Below, piece after piece: positions 62,952-64,000 of a DNA stretch of 64,000 nucleotides. The stretch's first letter is position 1; the number at the start of each line of letters is the position of its first letter. This stretch comes from an uncultured delta proteobacterium (GTDB taxonomy: Bacteria; Desulfobacterota; Desulfomonilia; Desulfomonilales; Desulfomonilaceae): NCBI GenBank assembly GCA_963789265.1, contig CAWBKB010000003.1, positions 352,001 through 416,000 of the forward strand. Direction: 5' to 3'. A program made the position numbers and the translations under genes. The notes below the pieces were generated by a model that worked only from the letters and a program-made list of their open reading frames with translations, was not told the DNA's origin and ran no database searches.

Positions 62952-63725
62952 ATGCGAATCACTCCTCTGGCCAGCGGCAGTTCCGGAAACTCGTTTCTGA
63001 TTCAAAGCAACGCGGCGGCCCTGCTCGTGGACGCGGGACTTTCCGGCAAGCAGATCGTGGAGAGGCTGGAAAAGGTGCAGTTCAGTCCTGAGGAACTCGA
63101 TGGGATACTTGTGTCTCACGGCCATTCCGATCACATTAAAGGGGTTGGGGTGCTATCGAGGAAGTTCAAGCTCCCGGTATGGATGAACCGAGGCACCTGG
63201 GAAGCGGTTGCGGGCCAGGTGGGTAAAGTTCATGAATTAAAGATTTTTGAAACGGGCCGTGTGTTCGTCGTAGCCGATTTTCGCGTCCATCCCTTTTCCG
63301 TCCCGCACGACTGTGCCGATCCAGTGGGATTCCGTATTTCCATAGGCACGGCCGGCGTCGGAATCGCAACCGACCTCGGCACACCTACCGGACTGATTGC
63401 AAGCCTGTTGACCGGCCTGCAGGTGGTTGTTTTGGAGAGCAATCACGATCCTGTCATGCTTCGAGACGGACCTTATCCCTGGGAGTTGAAACAGCGGGTC
63501 CGAAGCCGCCTAGGGCACCTGTCTAATTCAGAAAGCGCTGAGTTGCTGCAACGCGTTGTGACCGACGAGCTTCAAGCGGTGATTCTTGCCCACATGTCTC
63601 AGACGAACAATACCGCCGAACTAGCCCTTGATTGCGCGTGCGCGTCTCTTCAGGAATTTCTCGCTCAGGACGGCGCCATTTGCTGCGCCTACCAGGATGA
63701 AGTTGGCCCGACGATTGAATGGTAA
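62952..63725 (+). CDS. YycJ/WalJ-like metallo-beta-lactamase fold hydrolase
   Basis: LASGSSGN, SHGHSDH, PHD, ATDLG, LESNHD and GHLSN motifs. Confidence 0.92.
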   Translation: MRITPLASGSSGNSFLIQSNAAALLVDAGLSGKQIVERLEKVQFSPEELDGILVSHGHSDHIKGVGVLSRKFKLPVWMNRGTWEAVAGQVGKVHELKIFETGRVFVVADFRVHPFSVPHDCADPVGFRISIGTAGVGIATDLGTPTGLIASLLTGLQVVVLESNHDPVMLRDGPYPWELKQRVRSRLGHLSNSESAELLQRVVTDELQAVILAHMSQTNNTAELALDCACASLQEFLAQDGAICCAYQDEVGPTIEW

Positions 63726-63880
63726 TCTGCATCGCTTCGGCGCAATTCTTTTTTCGGACTCTTTTCGGGAAAGCGGATTAGATGCGAAATCAGAAATGGC
63801 ACAAGATTGGGAGAGAATCGGAAATGAGTATTTGCAGAGTCCGAACGCCGGGGGATTTCGCCAGGGTGCTTACGGCCTGT

Positions 63881-64000
63881 TTATTCGTCAATGAGAGGGA
63901 GGAGTTTCTCTAATTCGGAGATCTTGAGAAGAAACTCATTGGTGGCATCTTCAAGCTCTTTGGACAGCAGATGTAGTCGGATGTCCGCGGGCGTATCTTG
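63881..64000 (-). CDS. C-terminal end of a gene entering from beyond the window
   Basis: Open frame QDTPADIRLHLLSKELEDATNEFLLKISELEKLLPLIDE-stop. Confidence 0.5.
   Translation of the reverse strand, partial: QDTPADIRLHLLSKELEDATNEFLLKISELEKLLPLIDE

Overview
Mostly chromosomal DNA from an anaerobic deltaproteobacterium-like organism (inferred from gene content: tol-pal, rph, CooC, a single-domain MetE-like synthase, cobamide genes, PilZ and TPR proteins). There are two normal tRNAs (Leu-CAG, Ala-GGC). A cobalamin riboswitch sits upstream of an unannotated 29-aa CbpA-type precursor and its radical SAM partner CbpB, with cobD, cobS and cbiR nearby. The accessory region holds a complete 3.68-kb IS1-family cargo transposon (20236-23913, 17-bp perfect terminal inverted repeats, 8-bp target duplication CAACTGCC). 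It carries a winged-helix-like gene, a retropepsin-like protease plus small partner, and an atypical tRNA-like element (8-bp acceptor stem with G3:U70, no D-stem) just before the transposase. Next to tRNA-Ala lie a ~1500-aa nuclease-STAND-helical-repeat (Avs-like) gene and a VapBC pair. Other points of interest are an orphan CxxG-repeat RiPP-like precursor, two structured intergenic RNA candidates, two paralogous small 4-Cys proteins, a TPR-pseudokinase and many nested palindromic repeats. About ten single-base frameshifts, several in housekeeping-type genes, suggest indel errors in the assembly. All family assignments are from motif recognition, not database searches.
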